From positions 4,560 to 68,559 of the IMG/VR virus record IMGVR_UViG_2915597211_000007: a DNA stretch of 64,000 bases, one strand, 5' to 3'. The notes beneath the pieces are model-generated. The model was not told where the DNA came from. It saw only the letters and a list, made by a program, of their open reading frames with translations, and made no database searches. The position numbers and the translations under genes are program-made. This DNA is from a virus (Duplodnaviria > Caudoviricetes). Below are positions 62,659-64,000 of this stretch, piece after piece. How positions within the stretch are numbered: the stretch's first letter is position 1; every line of letters starts with the position of its first letter.

Positions 62659-62697
62659 TACACTTAGATATACGCCAGAAAAAGAGAGCCTCGGAAT
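62659..62697 (-). promoter_or_regulatory. Conserved promoter-like motif, copy 2 (start of the early operon)
   Basis: TTCCGAGGCT-N11-GGCGTATATCTAAGTGTA, immediately after the integrase-operon terminator. Confidence 0.65.
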
Positions 62698-62702
62698 TTT
62701 TC

Positions 62703-62738
62703 AAAAAAAAATAACGCCAGCCTCGAAGGACTAGCGTT
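62703..62738 (-). terminator. Intrinsic terminator after the integrase operon
   Basis: AACGCTAG..CCT-TCG-AGG-CTGGCGTT followed by A and T9. Confidence 0.8.
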
Positions 62739-62744
62739 AGCCTA

Positions 62745-62954
62745 TTACCCACCGTAAATGTATCGCTCAACTCCGTTCACAATCCGCCCGCCAATTGTCT
62801 GCGTATACTCACGTCCGAACTCGTCTCTAACGTAGAGAACAAATCGCGGATTCTCGGGATTTATCGGAACAATACGGTCGACTCGGACGCCTTCCGCGAT
62901 TCTGCGGTTGATTTCGGCGGTCAGGCGTGGAAAGTTCGGGATAGGATCGATCAT
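62745..62954 (-). CDS. Small protein coupled to the integrase (possible recombination directionality factor)
   Basis: 69 aa; TAATG overlap with the integrase stop; function inferred from position only. Confidence 0.55.
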   Translation of the reverse strand: MIDPIPNFPRLTAEINRRIAEGVRVDRIVPINPENPRFVLYVRDEFGREYTQTIGGRIVNGVERYIYGG

Positions 62955-64000
62955 TAACGTAACACCTTCCGTTCTTTGTTGAGCTTACCCATTACCTCAT
63001 TCAACGGCGAATATTGCTCGTGTTGATTCTTAATCGAAGCTTTTGATAGGTGAGTATACCGCATGACCATCCGCAAATCGGAGTGACCGAGTATCAATTG
63101 AAGATGACGCAAATCCCCGCCAGCTTCTAAAAACATCGTTGCAGCGGTATGGCGAAACAAGTGCGGATGTACTCGAATGGGAATTTCCGCCAGTTTTGCG
63201 TATTCTTTCAGTCGGTGGCGAAATTGCCCGTCGCATAGTGGCTCGCCGTAATTTGCTAGAAAAACATAATCGTTATCGAAATCCTCATTTTCACGCAATA
63301 AGTCTTGTATCAGCTTTAGCGTCTGTTTCTTCAACGGTACTGCCCGAGATTTCCGATTCTTTGACTGTTCTGCACGAATATTTACCATACCGAGGTCAAA
63401 GTCGATGTCTGATCGTCGTAACGACAAAGCTTCATTTATACGAAGAAATCCGTCAAGAAGTACGTTCATTACTACGTAGTCGCGAAACCCGCTGTACCTA
63501 CGTTGATTGGGCGCAGCCAAGAGTTTCTTTAACTGATCTACTGACATTATATGAATCTCATTGTCGTCTTCCTCGACTTTCTTAACACTATTAAACGGAT
63601 TAGTTTCGATCAGTTCTTCTTCCGCAAGATACCTAAACATCGTCCGCATCGTTTTTAATCGCGTATTTACAGAAGATGCTGTTATCCCCACGGTCTGCTC
63701 CGCCTCTGACTTAAACTTGTGCCCGTCAAACCGAACCTTCTCGTTTAGATTCCATACGATATATTCGCGTATAAAGTCCGGAGTCACAAGCCGCACATCT
63801 CGCCCATATCCGCGTAAATCCATGTATGTTACGAAGAAACCGTAATTTTCCCGGTAACTCTCGAGTGTACGCTCCTTTCTCCCCTCCGCTACTTTCGCGT
63901 GATAGAACCGTTCGAATAACGCATCTAGCGAGTGATCGGACGCGACCGAAAATCTTTCCGTCTTTTGTCGCCGTCCCTTACGCTTGTCCATTGCGCCCAT
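62954..64000 (-). CDS. Tyrosine integrase/recombinase
   Basis: RD...LLDGFLRINEAL, HPHLFRHT and LGHSDLRMVMRY catalytic residues. Confidence 0.95.
   Translation of the reverse strand: MGAMDKRKGRRQKTERFSVASDHSLDALFERFYHAKVAEGRKERTLESYRENYGFFVTYMDLRGYGRDVRLVTPDFIREYIVWNLNEKVRFDGHKFKSEAEQTVGITASSVNTRLKTMRTMFRYLAEEELIETNPFNSVKKVEEDDNEIHIMSVDQLKKLLAAPNQRRYSGFRDYVVMNVLLDGFLRINEALSLRRSDIDFDLGMVNIRAEQSKNRKSRAVPLKKQTLKLIQDLLRENEDFDNDYVFLANYGEPLCDGQFRHRLKEYAKLAEIPIRVHPHLFRHTAATMFLEAGGDLRHLQLILGHSDLRMVMRYTHLSKASIKNQHEQYSPLNEVMGKLNKERKVLR

Larger units (their letters stand above)
1..64000 (-). mobile_element. Temperate myovirus-type prophage (integrase to lysis module; ends outside the window)
   Basis: Collinear minus-strand modules: integrase, replication, nucleotide metabolism, terminase/portal/capsid, sheath/tube/baseplate, holin/endolysin. 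Confidence 0.97.

Noticed and set aside
1-64000. tRNA/rRNA genes and attachment sites
   Set aside because: No cloverleaf or rRNA-like sequence recognised; no att core repeat identifiable because the prophage ends lie outside the window

Overview
The whole window is one temperate, contractile-tailed (PBSX/Xkd-type myovirus) prophage of a spore-forming Bacillota host. A Paenibacillaceae/Brevibacillus-like host is my inference from composition and gene families. Nearly all genes lie on the minus strand, and the boundaries/att sites are not visible. Gene order, right to left: tyrosine integrase; early operon (Rep-like HTH, ParB-like, SprT-like, PAPS-reductase-like); DnaC-like loader, DnaB-like helicase and primase; a regulatory hub (Cro-like HTH, RRNPP HTH-TPR receptor, secreted propeptide, phage sigma factor); SSB, a naturally split family-A DNA polymerase, nucleases, NrdJ, dUTPase, ThyA, dNMP kinase and three DNA methyltransferases; packaging, head, tail, lysis; an SOS-controlled YolD-like gene. 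The main discovery is a dispersed peptide-signalling system whose three propeptide genes are all missing from the ORF track. (1) An arbitrium-like receptor with an adjacent propeptide containing GPIETG (48787-48906). (2) A second, unlinked propeptide at the end of the lysis operon (453-614) with three tandem GPIETG copies directly after an AYA signal-peptidase site. (3) A third, orphan propeptide releasing a different hexapeptide, DGGPGW (26230-26322). Other notable points: four genes with apparent ATC/ATA start codons, a candidate type I toxin-antitoxin locus, two LexA boxes, a shared promoter motif probably read by the phage sigma factor, a -1 frameshift in the tail chaperone, and many terminators inside the late region. 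All manual translations and functional calls are by eye; no database search was run.
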